From: Lepidodermella squamata
Lineage: Eukaryota; Animalia; Gastrotricha
Reading direction: 5' to 3'
NCBI GenBank assembly: GCA_047495785.1
Contig: JBLDXI010000046.1
Location: 744,001-808,000 of the forward strand
DNA: 64,000 bases
A program made the translations under genes and the position numbers. Shown here one piece after another: positions 1 through 11,860 of this stretch. Below the pieces are notes generated by a model. It searched no databases and was not told the origin of the DNA. It saw only the letters and a list, made by a program, of their open reading frames with translations. Each line of letters starts with the position of its first letter. The first letter of the stretch is position 1.

Positions 1-381
1 ACCGCCAAAACTGAGTAAACATGGATCTAGAGACGTGTCTTTTTTGCAAAAAAATATCACGAGTTGACGCATTCGTTCTAACACGAGTCGGTCCGGTAGC
101 TAAATTGTCAAGACTGTGCGAGAAGTGGTCGAAATCGTCCTATCGGCCCAGCTGATTTCAGGCGATTTTTTTAACACCCTGATTTCTACATCAGATGCTT
201 TTAACTTGGGATTTTCTGATTCTAAATTACTCCCGAGAGGTCGCTAACATCCCTCGTCACCGATGACACTGACAACAGCCAGCCTAGAAAGTTTTCAAAA
301 GTCAGTATTCAGATCAGAATTCAGCTTTCTGCGCGAGAGTTTTGAAGCTCAAGAACGCGCTCCGACTTTGTAAGTCTGGGC

Positions 382-790
382 CATAGAGAAAAAAATGACC
401 AGAGTAAGCACTCAAGCTAAAATTTTGATCTGCATTATTATAGAAGTGCTTTCTCAAAACGGATATCTCCGTTTTTCTCCAAATTTTGCGTGCCTGTAGA
501 ACGCGAGCTGCTCTTTCACGTGGTTTAAGATTTGAGGCGGGCGATTGCTGCTCAGTCTTGATCTCATCAAAATTAATGAAACCATAGTGAAAAAGAGGTT
601 TTTGTATCGTAACAACGGTTGGGTTGCCCACCTCAAATCTTATACAACGTGAAAGAGCAGCTCGCGTTCTATAGGCATGCAAAATTTGGAGAAAAACAGA
701 GATATCCATTTTGAGAAAGTCAACTTTGAATAAAAATGGAGATTTAGAAATTTTAGCTTGAGTGCTTACTCTGGTCATTTTTTCTCTATG
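382..790. mobile_element. Foldback/MITE-like long inverted repeat
   Basis: 382-545 is the reverse complement of about 625-790 (catagagaaaaaaatgaccagagtaagcactcaagctaaaattt vs aaattttagcttgagtgcttactctggtcattttttctctatg). Outer ends and TSD not resolved. Confidence 0.75.
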
Positions 791-1063
791 TTCTGGGCCT
801 ATTTCGACCATATAACTAAAATCAGGTTGGCGCTGTTATCTTTTGTCAAAAGCTGAAACAAATGTGCGCATTGTCAATGAGACTATGCCGGACTGCAGTA
901 TTTTTTTGTTTGACCAGATTATAAAATGGGGATACCTTAATTTAAATTTGAAAAAAATTGAGATTTCCCTCCTTTGGTTCAAAACGGTGTGAGATAACGG
1001 TCTGGTTGTTTAAAATTCTTGTCCATCTTAATATACTATTGGAATAATATTTGTTATTTTTAG

Positions 1064-2077
1064 GCTGATTCAGGACAAGGCTCTTCATCATCGAATTCAG
1101 CCGGAGGTTCGGACAAACCGGTTCGTTTTTTCTATTTTGACTTTTTTTTAAATTGTGTCACATTTCGAGACAAGTGCATGAAGTGGCCATGATATCTGGG
1201 GTCTATTGGTGGAAACATCAGAATGACGGAGATATCGTAGATAGAAGAGACAATGTTTGCTCATTTTGAGAAATATTTGAAATTTAAAAAAAAATTCGCC
1301 TAGAAAAAATAATTTGTAAACGTCATTGACGCAAACAATCGGAAGTTCTTTACGGCTATGCCCCTTCTAGAAAAGTTTGAATTTTCCAAGAATTATAGAA
1401 AGATTGTACGAATTGTAAATAATTCGCACGATGTTCCGGGATTGATCAATGATTATTTATCAATTCTAAGAAATCCAGACAGGCAAGAGTAAGCCTTGAG
1501 CTCGCTTTTCCCGTCGCTGCAAGTATCCGAAGGTTTCCGAAGATACACTATTTACTTTGCGGCGGTCATGTACCAGCGAGAGATCTTCTTGAAAAATTCG
1601 AAAGTTCGCTCTTTGCTAATGCCCTTATCTCTTTTTCAGGTAGGCGACTTCGATGAAGAATACGTGCACTACAGACTGCACCTTGAGGAATCTCCATCTC
1701 GTTTCTATCCACACACTTGTCTCATTTTGCCAATGATCCTCTTCCTGGCTCAACAAAAAAAGCTGAAGGATTTCTACTACAAAGAGATCCAGATGCTTGT
1801 CATAAAGATCGACAAATGTGTCAGGAAGAAGCACGGACAAAAGGAAGGCAAGGAGTACCCTGATTCGGCTTGCCTGCCCAAAGACATCAAGAAGTATTTC
1901 CCATCTCTGGCGGTTAGGGAAGCAAGAGGAACAGGTAAAATGGGTCCCGATACTTCGCGCCTGGCGAACATCGCTACTGATGAAATGATGGCTCAATATT
2001 TCAGCCAAACCAAAGACTACTGCCCAAAGTGCACCCCGAAATATTCGCCTAAAATCAAGCGAAAGAAGCACAGTTAA
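1064..2077 (+). CDS. Paralog P1 (5' partial): linker exon plus H..H..CxxC C-terminal domain
   Basis: Exon 1064-1120 (ADSGQGSSSSNSAGGSDKP, phase 0) and terminal exon 1640-2077 (VGDFDEEY...YPH...KKH...SQTKDYCPKC...KRKKHS*). Both are homologous to P2 and P4 exons. AATAAA near 2404. Confidence 0.8.
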
Positions 2078-2562
2078 TTTGCGCCGTTCGAAATATGCGC
2101 AAATCGAAAATCGCTAGCCTAGCTAGTTATTTTCAAATTTATGACATTTTTTAGTAACACGGCATTTGATTGGTTATGTTTTTTCACTACGAAGCCCGTG
2201 AAAGTTCGATACTTATTTCTTCAACTCGGTTCTAAATTTCAACTCGAACTTTATTTTGTTGTTCGATTGTATTAATTCGCCTTTTTTCTAGTTTTAACCA
2301 CCTCGTCTGAAAGACTTGTTCCAACTATTTTTGCGCAAATTGTTATCCGGTTGTGAAATTGTGAAACCAAAGGTGCCTAATTGACGATATTTTTCTTGCC
2401 TTCAATAAAAAAGACTATCCCTTTTTCATATTGTATTTTTTTTATTTTTAGAATTTTACATTGTGCGATGAATCGTTTACCCCAGTAAGCCACTGGCGAT
2501 TTGAGATCTCTTGATTGTAGCCGTAAAATTCTTGTGACTTGGTTTGAAATTATCCTGTTTAG

Positions 2563-2720
2563 GCATAGCTTAAAACATGATCGGCAACGGCCATTCGTAC
2601 ATGGTTACTTGTGAGGCGGGCGAAGACGTTAAAATAGCGGGCCTTTCAGGAAAAAAGTTGGTGAGCAAAATCAATTATTTCATCAATCGCCGTTTGATGC
2701 ATTGTGAACTAAATCAGATA
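2563..2720 (+). pseudogene. Orphan first beta-module exon (MIGNGHSYMVTCEAGEDVKIAGLSGKKL) cut off by retroelement DNA
   Basis: Near-identical to 10775-10932 and homologous to P4 exon 18890-18982 plus its intron. Homology stops near 2720. Confidence 0.65.
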
Positions 2721-2757
2721 AAGTCGGATGCCATAGCTGGCCGAACCTTCTCCACAG

Positions 2758-3300
2758 GTCATGGAGCTGCGTAAACATCATCCACCTGATCCCGTCATGC
2801 TGATCTTTGGTGACCGCACGCATCACGAAATCAATCGCGACGCAAAACGAGATCATGTGACAGGATGCAGCCATGCCTAACACCGGAATCGACTGAGAAA
2901 CTCTCGCTCTCCACTCCAGCCTCCATCAGTACTCTTCATTCAAAGCCAGTGTAAAACATGGCAATGAGTCGAGCAATTTTGTCCGGAATGCCGCAGTGAC
3001 GGAGGATTCTCCACAAGGTCTCGCGGTGAACGCTATCGAACGCCTTCTTGAAGACGACGAAGTTGATGAGCGCCGGCGAGTTCCATTGAAGGCATTGCTC
3101 CACGACGTTCCGCAGGGAAAAGATTTGGTCTATACACCCACGAAGCGAGCGAAAGCCAGCCTGTTCTTCGCGCAACGGCTTATCCACCTCGTCCCGTATG
3201 CGGCACAAGATGACCCGACAAAACACCTTGCTGGGAATAGAAAGAAGGGTGATACCACGCCAGTTGTCGCAGCTGGTCAGGTCCCCTTTTTTTAGGGCAG
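2758..3300 (-). mobile_element. RTE-clade non-LTR reverse transcriptase fragment
   Basis: KKGDLTSCDNWRGITLLSIPSKVF...EEQAGFR...KAFDSVHRETLW...GIPDK, then FCVAIDFVMR...GIRW..FTQLHDL. Contains a stop and frameshift and is truncated just before the (F/Y)ADD motif. Confidence 0.85.
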
Positions 3301-5790
3301 CTAGGCGGCCTGATCGGTACGACGATGTCCATGCTGAACAGCGCGAAGGCGCGTTGGCTTGCCGGATTGGGGCCAGTGGTACCGTGGTCGGCTGGTTGGT
3401 CGCCTTGCGATCCGCGCAGGTGCGGCAGTAGCGTCGGACGGCGCTGAAGCAGCTGGGGAAGCAGACGTAGGCTCTCACGCGCTCGAGCGTCTTGAGGCGG
3501 CCGAGGTGACCCACGGCGGGCGAGATGAGGCACAACCGAGGGAACAAGCGGTCCGATACCGACATGTAGAATACGCCGGCTTCGTCCCTCGAGACCGTGT
3601 CCTGTAGCTGTAACAGACGGGCCGAACCGGCCGAGAGCGGCTGAGGTAGAGGTTCGCCGAGGTCTAAGTGTCGCAGCACGGGGCCGATATTGGGCGGCGC
3701 GAAGGGCGGCGTGGTCGAGACGAAACGAGTCGGCAACCGACAGCGAGGCGGCACAGGTCGCGTCGGCTGCAGAGCTGTCGTTAGAGATGTAGCTGATATC
3801 GTCGGGCTCAGCGGATGGCTGCGAGAGGCCGTCGGCGAGCTTGAGGCAACCGGGACGGTGGACCAGTTCGAAAGGTAGTCGCCAGACACGATTGCTGGGA
3901 TCGCGGAGGGTCTGAAGCCACAGGAGCGCCTTGTGATTGGTTTCGAGGACGAACCTGGTGCCAAGTGCCAATCAGCTATTCGCGGAAACGTTCACACGAG
4001 AACACGATCGCAAGACACTCTTTCTCGAGGGCTTGGTACTTCCGCTCGGCGACTGCGCGAGCCTGTCGAGACCGTCGTCACCAGCATTTCAGCAAGCAGC
4101 TGCGGCCAACGGGCGAAATGGGCGTGCAACAAGACGCTGACTCGAAAATCGCGGAAACGCTCGAGGACGAGGCGCAAGTGGCGTAACAGCTCTGGGACAC
4201 TTCGATCAGGTCGCGTTCGCGAAGGAAACGCAGGTGCTTTCGAGGCTCGGCCTTCTTATGGGGCCCCTTGTAGCGGCGAGGCACACTGATCGGATGCGTA
4301 GCCGTTTTCTCGCTAAGGAGCGGCTGTTTCATCGAGCGATCGCTGGACACGGGTGACCAGTAATGCACGCATGGCTGCGGCATCGCCGTCGCCGAGGCCA
4401 GAAACTGAGCGCGAAATAGGATCCTTAGGAAACGCATCGGACGCGGACGGCGGGGCGAACGAGAGCGAGCCGGTGGCGAGGTTGAACTCAGCACGGTTCG
4501 CGAACAGCAGAGAGCCGTCGAGGACTAGGCGGTGCTCTTCGCCACTCACGACCAACACGGACAGGTCGGCCGCATGGGGCATGGGTCGCGGTGTGCAGGC
4601 GGTGCATTCGCACCCAACATCGACATGCAGGCGGGCGTAGCGATCGAGGTGGGCGAGCTGGTGCTGGCGCGAGCCGCTGTCATGCGACCGTTGACCAAGA
4701 CCTGGGCGTCGTAGAATGGCCGGCCATCGACGGAAACCGAGGCCCAGCGACGCCCGGCCGGCGGCGAAAGGCGGATCGGCAAGTTCCAGTCGAGGCCACG
4801 GAGGCGGAGCTGTCGCAGGTCGACCATACCGAGAACCGCGCGTGAGTCGGCAATCTGACCATCGGCGGTTCCCGTAGTGACAGGTGTGGGCAACGGGGTT
4901 CCTGGCAGTGCAGAGACGATAGTTGCATTAGCACCTGTATCGACAAGACCGGTAACGGGGGTCAGCGAGGTGGAAATCGCACAGGGCATCAACAGCGGCG
5001 GAAAGGTTGGCTAAGGCGGCGTCGGGAGGGCAAGAACGGGCGGTCACCTGGCCCGTCTGTCCTGTCAGTTTGACTGGTTGCTGTGAACTGGCGCCTGGGC
5101 GGCGCCTCGGAGCTGCGCCGACATCGACGGGCACCCCAGGTCGCGGAAGGCGAGGTCAGCAGCACCACACCACAAACAGATACCCAGCTAGTGGTAGAAC
5201 GCCAACTGGTCGATAGCCTCCAGCCATGGATCGCGGCGAGGTGGCCGGCGCGAATCATTCGCACGACATGGTGGCCGGTTGAGCGGCTGCTGCTGCCGCT
5301 GCTCGAAAGGCGGCCTGAGATTACAACGGCTTCGACGCAGGCTCGGAAGTCGCATAACGCTGGCGATGGCGATTGCAGCGGTCTTCTGCTTGGCCGCCTT
5401 GTCCTCCGGGGCGACGCTCGTTCGAAATTCGAAGCGTGGGCAAGGAGCACAGCCGACGGATCCGATTCGCCATGTAAGGTTCAGGCTTCTCGTCGCGCAG
5501 TGTAACGTGGCACTAAGCTCGCCAGGGCGTAGGCCAGCCAAGAAAAGGCGCGCGGCCAACTTGGCCTGGGTAGTGTTGCCGCGCGTGGCGTCGGCATGGC
5601 CGCCGAAGATCACAACGGCTTCGCCGGGCTGCTGTTTCGGTTCTTTGTCGACAGCCGTGCTCGGCACGCGGGGGGCCAAATCGTGCCGGCGGCCAGCAAT
5701 GCTACTGCTACCTTGCACGTGTCGTTAAACAAGCCGTGCAGCAGGTTCGCGAGGGCCGATATGTCGACCGTGGCTTTGATGGCGTTGATC
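3301..5790 (-). mobile_element. Degenerate Ty3/Gypsy LTR retrotransposon internal region (gag-PR-partial RT-RH-IN N-terminus)
   Basis: Protease LVDTGANAT (about 4950), RT N-terminus LRERDLIEVSQSCYA (about 4200), RNase H ...RFVLETNHKALLWL (about 3950), integrase zinc finger GHLGRLKTLERVR...YCRTC (about 3450). PR-RT-RH-IN order; many frameshifts; GC-rich; no LTRs found. Confidence 0.85.
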
Positions 5791-6740
5791 TAGCATCTCA
5801 ATCTTAAGCTCAAGAAGACCACCAGAAATGGTGAATGGGCTCTAGCCATCTTCAGCGTTTGGCTCGCTCGTATTACAGTCAGTACTCGCCATATTACACT
5901 CCGGTATAGGTATAGTACACTTTTCGCTTAGGTACACCTTTTTCTTGTCCCCCCGTGAAAGTGAACTAAAGCGAGTTCTGACTGTACATTCTCTAAAACA
6001 ATTTAGACGGTTACAATTAATATTTTTATTAATTGGGGCCTCGTCACACAATGGAGCCGAGCAATTTACCTGGACAATCGATTTATCCGAATGCAATGGT
6101 AAGCAACTTTCAATATTTGACATGCTATACCACGATGATTCATCTAATGGCTGGTCCTATCTAATTTATCATCTAATTTACTTCGACTGCCGGCGTATCA
6201 AGTAAGACCGCTGAATGTGCTTAGGTTAGACTGTCTGTTTTGTGATCTTCCAATCAAGGTATGCATGTACTTACGTAGTTCCTGCGGCAACTTTCTCAAT
6301 TTCTATCGAAAAATCTAATTGTTATCTACGCTTCTGACACAATTGAAATGACACAATTTTCGAGCTTCCCTCGACTAGTTTTATGTATCGCTTTCACCCG
6401 ACTAAATTGTCTGTATTTTGTTGAAGGACGTGGAATGGAAAGAGCAAGGCGGGCGGTTGATTTGCCGCGCTCATATCGCTGGCGAAATGGTTTGTGAAAT
6501 ATTATTTCTAGCCTTATAAAAGATTAGTTGAATTGCAATGGGTAAGGTTATATCTTCGGGCTCCTTTGATCATGTCGGAACCCATTCCAGTAAGCTCACA
6601 AATTCGCATGAGCCAATTCCTCTCCGTTAACGAGCCATCGTTGCTCAAAGTTAGAAAAGGCGAAAATTGTAAATCACTCGAGGGTGCTCTAACTTTTAAT
6701 TACCTACTACGAACTACAAATTAATCTGCTCCCGTTTATT

Positions 6741-6890
6741 GGGCAGACCGTCATAACAGCAAGTAGCCAAAACAGAAAAGCGACAAAACAGCGAATTTTT
6801 CACTTGCGACATAACAGCAGAAACATGATGCATCTTTCACATAGCAAGTTATCGCTGTTTTGTCGCGAAATATAATAGTTGCTGTTTTAG
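6741..6890 (+). repeat. Dispersed repeat family (AACAGC-rich MITE), partial copy
   Basis: gggcagaccgtcataacagc...tgcgacataacagcagaaac..gatgcatc is shared with 44575-44750 and, inverted, with 60289-60480. Confidence 0.7.
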
Positions 6891-7723
6891 AAAATCCACC
6901 ATTTTCCATATTTTTTGCCTACCGTAAAAGAAATTGTTTGAGACGTCTAAAAAATCGAAACATCTTTAAGCGGAACCAACTTTGAATTTTGCGGAGCCAA
7001 ACTCGAAATATGCCCAAAGTCACCTTTTGAATAATTCAACGAATTTTAGCCTGGTTTCTGAATTGAGGAAAAGTTTACTCTGAATTCACTGGTGATTTAT
7101 TATAATTATTGTGGTCAATCTTAACCCGCAAAAAATATCCGAAAAGTGATTTCAGGCCACTAGAAAATCCCAAAATCTGGTTCGGCTCACCGTTAAAGGA
7201 GGACCCCTAGAAAATAAGGAAACAAATCGAAAAAAATGAAGTATTTGGAGTTATCGATTTCGGATGGCTTCGAACATTTCTCTAACTTATGAATTTCATC
7301 TTGTTTTTATGAAATTAATTGTCCAAATGTAACCAGCGTCGCTGCAAGAGGCATTGTTACTTACGGGATCGCTTATCATTCTGTTTTACTTTCAGATTTA
7401 CTTGCGACGGTGTGAGTTGCTCAAGACTGAACAGTGTGAGTTGCACAAGGCTCGACTGGTTTCTTTAAATGCAGAGCTAAAGGTGATTTCAGTAAATAGC
7501 TCATGAAAGACTAATTTATTATCTTTATAGACCGTCGAAATACAAGAGTGGGAGAAGGGTCCTACGGACGTCTATCACTACAAGGAAACATCTGATACTC
7601 GGCAGGAGGTGAGTGCAAAGATTGTTTCTTTGCTTAGGTCCGAGCTACATTGTGCTCGACTCGAGGCGGAATTACGATCGAAACCAATTGTAACAATTGT
7701 ATAACAATTTAACATTTTATAAA

Positions 7724-8143
7724 CGAAGTGCACTTTTTTTAACTTTCATACAAAATTAACTTTCATACATATTTTTTTTCATAAAATCGTGTTTTTCAGC
7801 CAAACTGTGATTAGGAATTGGGGTTAGGGGTTAGGGGTAGGTGCCAGGGTTCGGGTTCGGGTTAGGTTTAGGGTTTGGTTAGGGTTCAGGATTAAGGTTA
7901 GGGTTAGGAAATTTCGAGTTTCGGGTTTCTACGAAGCTCGATTTTTGGGCCCTTGCGCTTCCCGAATAACCATTTTTCATGTGGAAAAAATTGACTACGC
8001 TTTCGGAACCCCGTTTTTCTTTTTCATAAACCGAAAACTAGTCATCTGGCATTTCCCTAATGTTTTCAGCTTGAATTTAATGAAAAAAAATATGTATGAA
8101 AGTTGAAAATTTCATACATATTTATGTATGAAAGTTGGCACCC
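7724..8143. mobile_element. MITE with 9-bp TSD (TTTTATAAA)
   Basis: TTTTATAAA at 7715-7723 and 8144-8152; inverted aactttcatacat/atgtatgaaagtt sub-repeats. Shorter relative at 25361-25512. Confidence 0.7.
7811..7908 (+). repeat. Degenerate telomere-like (GGGTTA)n tract inside the MITE
   Basis: ggggttaggggttaggggtagg...gggttcgggttcgggttaggtttagggtttggttagggttcagg...ggttagggttagg. Confidence 0.8.
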
Positions 8144-10239
8144 TTTTATAAATTGCTTAAATTGTTTAAAAATCGCTGTAAAATGCTTGTTACTTCCATG
8201 ATAGCAGCGTGATATTCCCGATCTGATGGACCAATTTATGCAATTTATGGCCAACGAACGTATTAGGATGGATCTCGAAACCTCGTCTACTTCTGGTGAC
8301 TGCCCTCTGTTGGCACCGCCACCCGTCGAGTGGAACCCTGATCAATCCGGACCGTCTAGCAAGTCTTCAACACCGCAGCACGGTATTGAATTTACCAAAA
8401 GCCCCACGAGCAATCAGGACTCTCATGAGTATCAATCGATGGCCGAGCCGATGTCTCACCCGCCTTCAACATCGCAATCAGGTCCGGAATCCCCCGAAAC
8501 CTCAATGAACAATTGCGAATCACGGTCTCAATTGAGGATCGACCAATCTGGACCGTCAACTAGCAAGCCTACAACATCGCAACCCGATGATGAATTCACT
8601 AAAAGCCTCACGAGCGATAGCTACTCTTTAGCAGAACTATTGACGCTCGAGACGCGATTATTTCTGCTCCCAACATTGCAACCTGTGATACATTCGTCGA
8701 GAGTCCCATGGGCTATTGCGACTCACATTTGCATGGGCCGCGCGAGCCGGTATCTCTTACGTCGCAACCTGGTCAGGCTTGCACCAGAAGCTTAGCGAGC
8801 AATTGCGAATCACTTTCCCAATTGAGGTCCGGGTCGAAATCTCACCCGCCTTCAACAACACGACAAGGCGGCAAACGGCCTAAGAAGGTTAAATTTCCTG
8901 TTCAACTTACTCATTTTAGTAATATTTGTTATATTTAGGCTGTACCAGGAAACGGCTCGGCATCATGGGATTCAACTTCACGGTACACGGTTCGTTCTTT
9001 GGATTTCGAAAATATATAGTGCATGGGCGTAAACCAGGTAGTCGTCGATCTGAGAGTGACATTTTTATTTTTTTCAGGAGAATCCAAGTTCGAAAAGTGC
9101 TGATTTTCAATAGGAAATATCGGTACTAATTTATGGCAATTTTGCGAAAATTTCCTCCTCGTGAAAATGTGTGCGATTTTTTAGAGAAAATATAGGCCGA
9201 AGAAGGGTTTTTTAGTTTTCAGTTTGGTAGTTGTGTGAACAACCAAAACCACCAGCAGCTGGTTACGCCACTGCTATTCAGAATATATTTGGCCTTCAAG
9301 TGGTGGGCTTTGGCGAATTTTCCGTATTTTGCACCAAATTGAAAAAGACGATTTTTGAAATCTAAGACGTTTTCTTCGGGATTTTAGACCTCTAAGATGC
9401 TCCCATCCTCCTTAACCTCAAAGGAATTGTCGATTGTGGTTTGTGTGGAGACGCCGGCTTGATTCCATGAAACATGTCGAATATCCAGCGATCGAGGACG
9501 ACCCAAGAAAGACTGGTCAAACTCGATTGAAGTAATAGTAGAAAACGTGGACTGGCGCGCCACAGAATTAACGGCAAAAAACGGTGTCAGAATTGGAAAA
9601 TTATGAATTTTATGGTATAAAAGCAAATTGCTAATTTTTTGCCTTTCCTTCGCCTTCCACAAAACTTGTGAGGGTATAGATACGCATAACTCGTGTGGAA
9701 GGAAAATAAAATCATTCATATTAATATTTTGTTTGAGAAAAAGATGACTCGGAAATTCTAGAATAATAAGATCCTCTTGACAAACTCGGAAATGTGTTCT
9801 GTTTAGTTAATCTCCATGTCTCGTTTTACAGGTTGCCATGTTCATGGAGGACAATAACATCTACCGTGAAAAATATAAACCTACGGATAAATCCATGATC
9901 CACCAGTCGCGCATGCTCCCAATTATTCTATTCCGTCTGGCTCTAGAAGGCCTGAAGGATTTCAGCAATTTGCAGATTAAGGCGCTTGACAAAAAAATTC
10001 AAAATTTCGCGGATGAGAAGCACGGAATAGGAGCTCGCAAATCGTTCGAGGAGTCTACATGGATTGCGACTATAATTAAAAGATATTTCAAATTGATGCC
10101 ATTTTACGAAACGAAAGGACCAGGTAATGTAATCGAAGACCTCCTAGCGAAGCACCCCGCCACTGCTGGTCTGCTTGCTGAATGTTTTGAGGAAACGAAG
10201 AATTTGTGCTCCATCTGCACCCCACCGCCTCCCGTCACC

Positions 10240-10935
10240 GACTCGCCTAAAAACAAGCGAAAGAAGCACCGTTAATTTGCGCCGTTCAGCTAAAACTAGC
10301 GCAAATCTCGAAAATCGCTAGCCTAACTAGTTATTTTCAAATTGATAAGCAGAAAGGAAGATTTTTTATTAACACGGCATTTGTTTAGTTACGTTCTTAA
10401 CGACCATTTTTTGTGCAATTTCGTTAATTACTTTTTGTTCGGTTTCAACTCAGTTCTAAATTTTGACTCGAATGAGGCTCTGTTTTATTGAATTATTTGA
10501 ATTATTGAATGATTATTGAATTATTTTTTCTAGTCTGAAAGAGTTGTGCCACTATTTTTTGCGCAAATAGTCCTGTTATCCGGTTGTGAAATTGAGAACC
10601 CAAAGGTGCCTAATTGACAATATTTTTCTTGCGTTAAATAAAAAAGACGCACTTTTTCATATTGTATTTTATTTTTATTTTTTGAATTTTAACTCTGCAA
10701 GCCACTGGCGATTTGAGAGCTCTTGATTGTAGCCGAAAAATGCTCGTGACTCGGTTTGAAATTATCCTGTTTAGGCATAGCTTAAAACATGATCGGCAAT
10801 GCGTACATGCGTACATGGTTACGTGTGAGGCGGGCGAAGACGTTAAAATACCGGGCCTTTCAGGAAACAATTTGGTGAGCAAAATCAATTATTTCATCAA
10901 TCGCCGTTTGATGCATTGTGAGCTAAATCAGATCT
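10240..10935 (+). repeat. Direct duplication of about 2040-2720 (gene end, 3'UTR and downstream orphan exon)
   Basis: Colinear identity from tcgcctaaaa..aagcgaaagaagcac..gttaatttgcgccgttc through ...gatgcattgtga.ctaaatcagat. Confidence 0.85.
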
Positions 10936-11860
10936 GGGCAATACCGATAGGTCAGCCGAACCGCATCAAGGTTTGTTTGAACTGAAATTTCGTCTTCAAT
11001 CCTCGAATATTCGGATATTTCTAAAAAATAGCTACAGATTAAGCAGGCTTAGGTAATACTCGGGGGATGTTGTATCGTGCTACTGTCCTTGCATTTCTTT
11101 CTTGCTATTTGTTGAATCAAGGGGTCCCCTACAGAGCAGCAGGCTTCAAAGCAGGATAAACTCAAAAAGCGGTGCAAACGCCACGCAACAATAAATCGAA
11201 TTAATTACGATAAAATTCGGCGTAGTTTTCTGAATATGGACTCATCATAACTTAAGTAGTCCGGCTTATGAATTTTGAAAAAATTTCGAAAAACGACTTT
11301 TTCGACCAAAGTGAGGTCTGAGTCACATTACGGAGGTTTGATGACTTATGTTCCTCAATTTTTGGTGTGAAAAGCTAGAATAGCTGAACATCATGTTAGT
11401 CGATTGGTTGAAAATCAGAGGCTAAGCCTGAGCGCTTGCTGAGAGGACTGTTTAGTGCGTTTTCCCTGCTTTGAAGCCTGCTGCTCTGTGGGGGACCCGA
11501 ATCAAGTGAATCGTTGATGGAATTTGTTATGATTGATACAAACGCCGGGCTTACAGTCTATATTGTCGTGTTGAGGAAAAAAGGTGTACACGTTATAGGA
11601 ACCGTTTGTTATTTTGTGATTGCATCGACTCGGTGCTAAATTTCGGCTCGACTCCTAGAGTTTTACCTATATTTTCAGCCGGCTTTTCACCTTTTACTCT
11701 ACTAATTGTTCCTACCAGTGACTTTGCGCATCTTTTTGCGCGTACGTGTGATACAGCCTGTTGCAATAATATATTTTATTGAGACGAAGTGATGCGTGAC
11801 TGCCGTTGTGCCGAACTTCGCGACTTTGTCAACGAATAAAATATGTCAAGTCTACATAAT
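10775..11860 (+). pseudogene. Deleted remnant of a P4-like paralog
   Basis: Copies of P4 exons 1-2 and introns (10775-11100 vs 18890-19200), followed by family 3'UTR blocks (11627, 11780) and AATAAA near 11835. No terminal coding exon. Confidence 0.6.
11122..11498. mobile_element. MITE with about 33-bp TIRs and 8-bp TSD (Merlin- or hAT-like)
   Basis: gggtcccctacagagcagcaggcttcaaagcagg ... cctgctttgaagcctgctgctctgtgggggaccc; GAATCAAG at 11114-11121 and 11499-11506. Confidence 0.85.

Larger units (their letters stand above)
6427..10275 (+). pseudogene. Paralog P2, full architecture, with a 1-nt frameshift near 8685 (pseudogene or assembly error)
   Basis: Exons 6427-6489 (DVEWKEQGGRLICRAHIAGEM), 7396-7482, 7531-7608 (TVEIQEWEKGPTDVYHYKE...), 8205-8887 (683 nt, one short of a multiple of 3), 8939-8989, 9832-10275 (...IH...EKH...EETKNLCSIC...KRKKHR*). 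Start exon not identified. Confidence 0.7.

Noticed and set aside
2936-3964. 342-aa ORF as a functional integrase-RT fusion protein
   Set aside because: It wanders between true and shifted frames and lacks both the DDE core and the RT catalytic motif.
2996-5793. Many overlapping plus-strand ORFs in the GC-rich block
   Set aside because: Shadow ORFs of the minus-strand Gypsy/RTE remnant; no independent motifs.
7811-7908. True telomere or chromosome fusion point
   Set aside because: Short, degenerate, single orientation and internal to a MITE.
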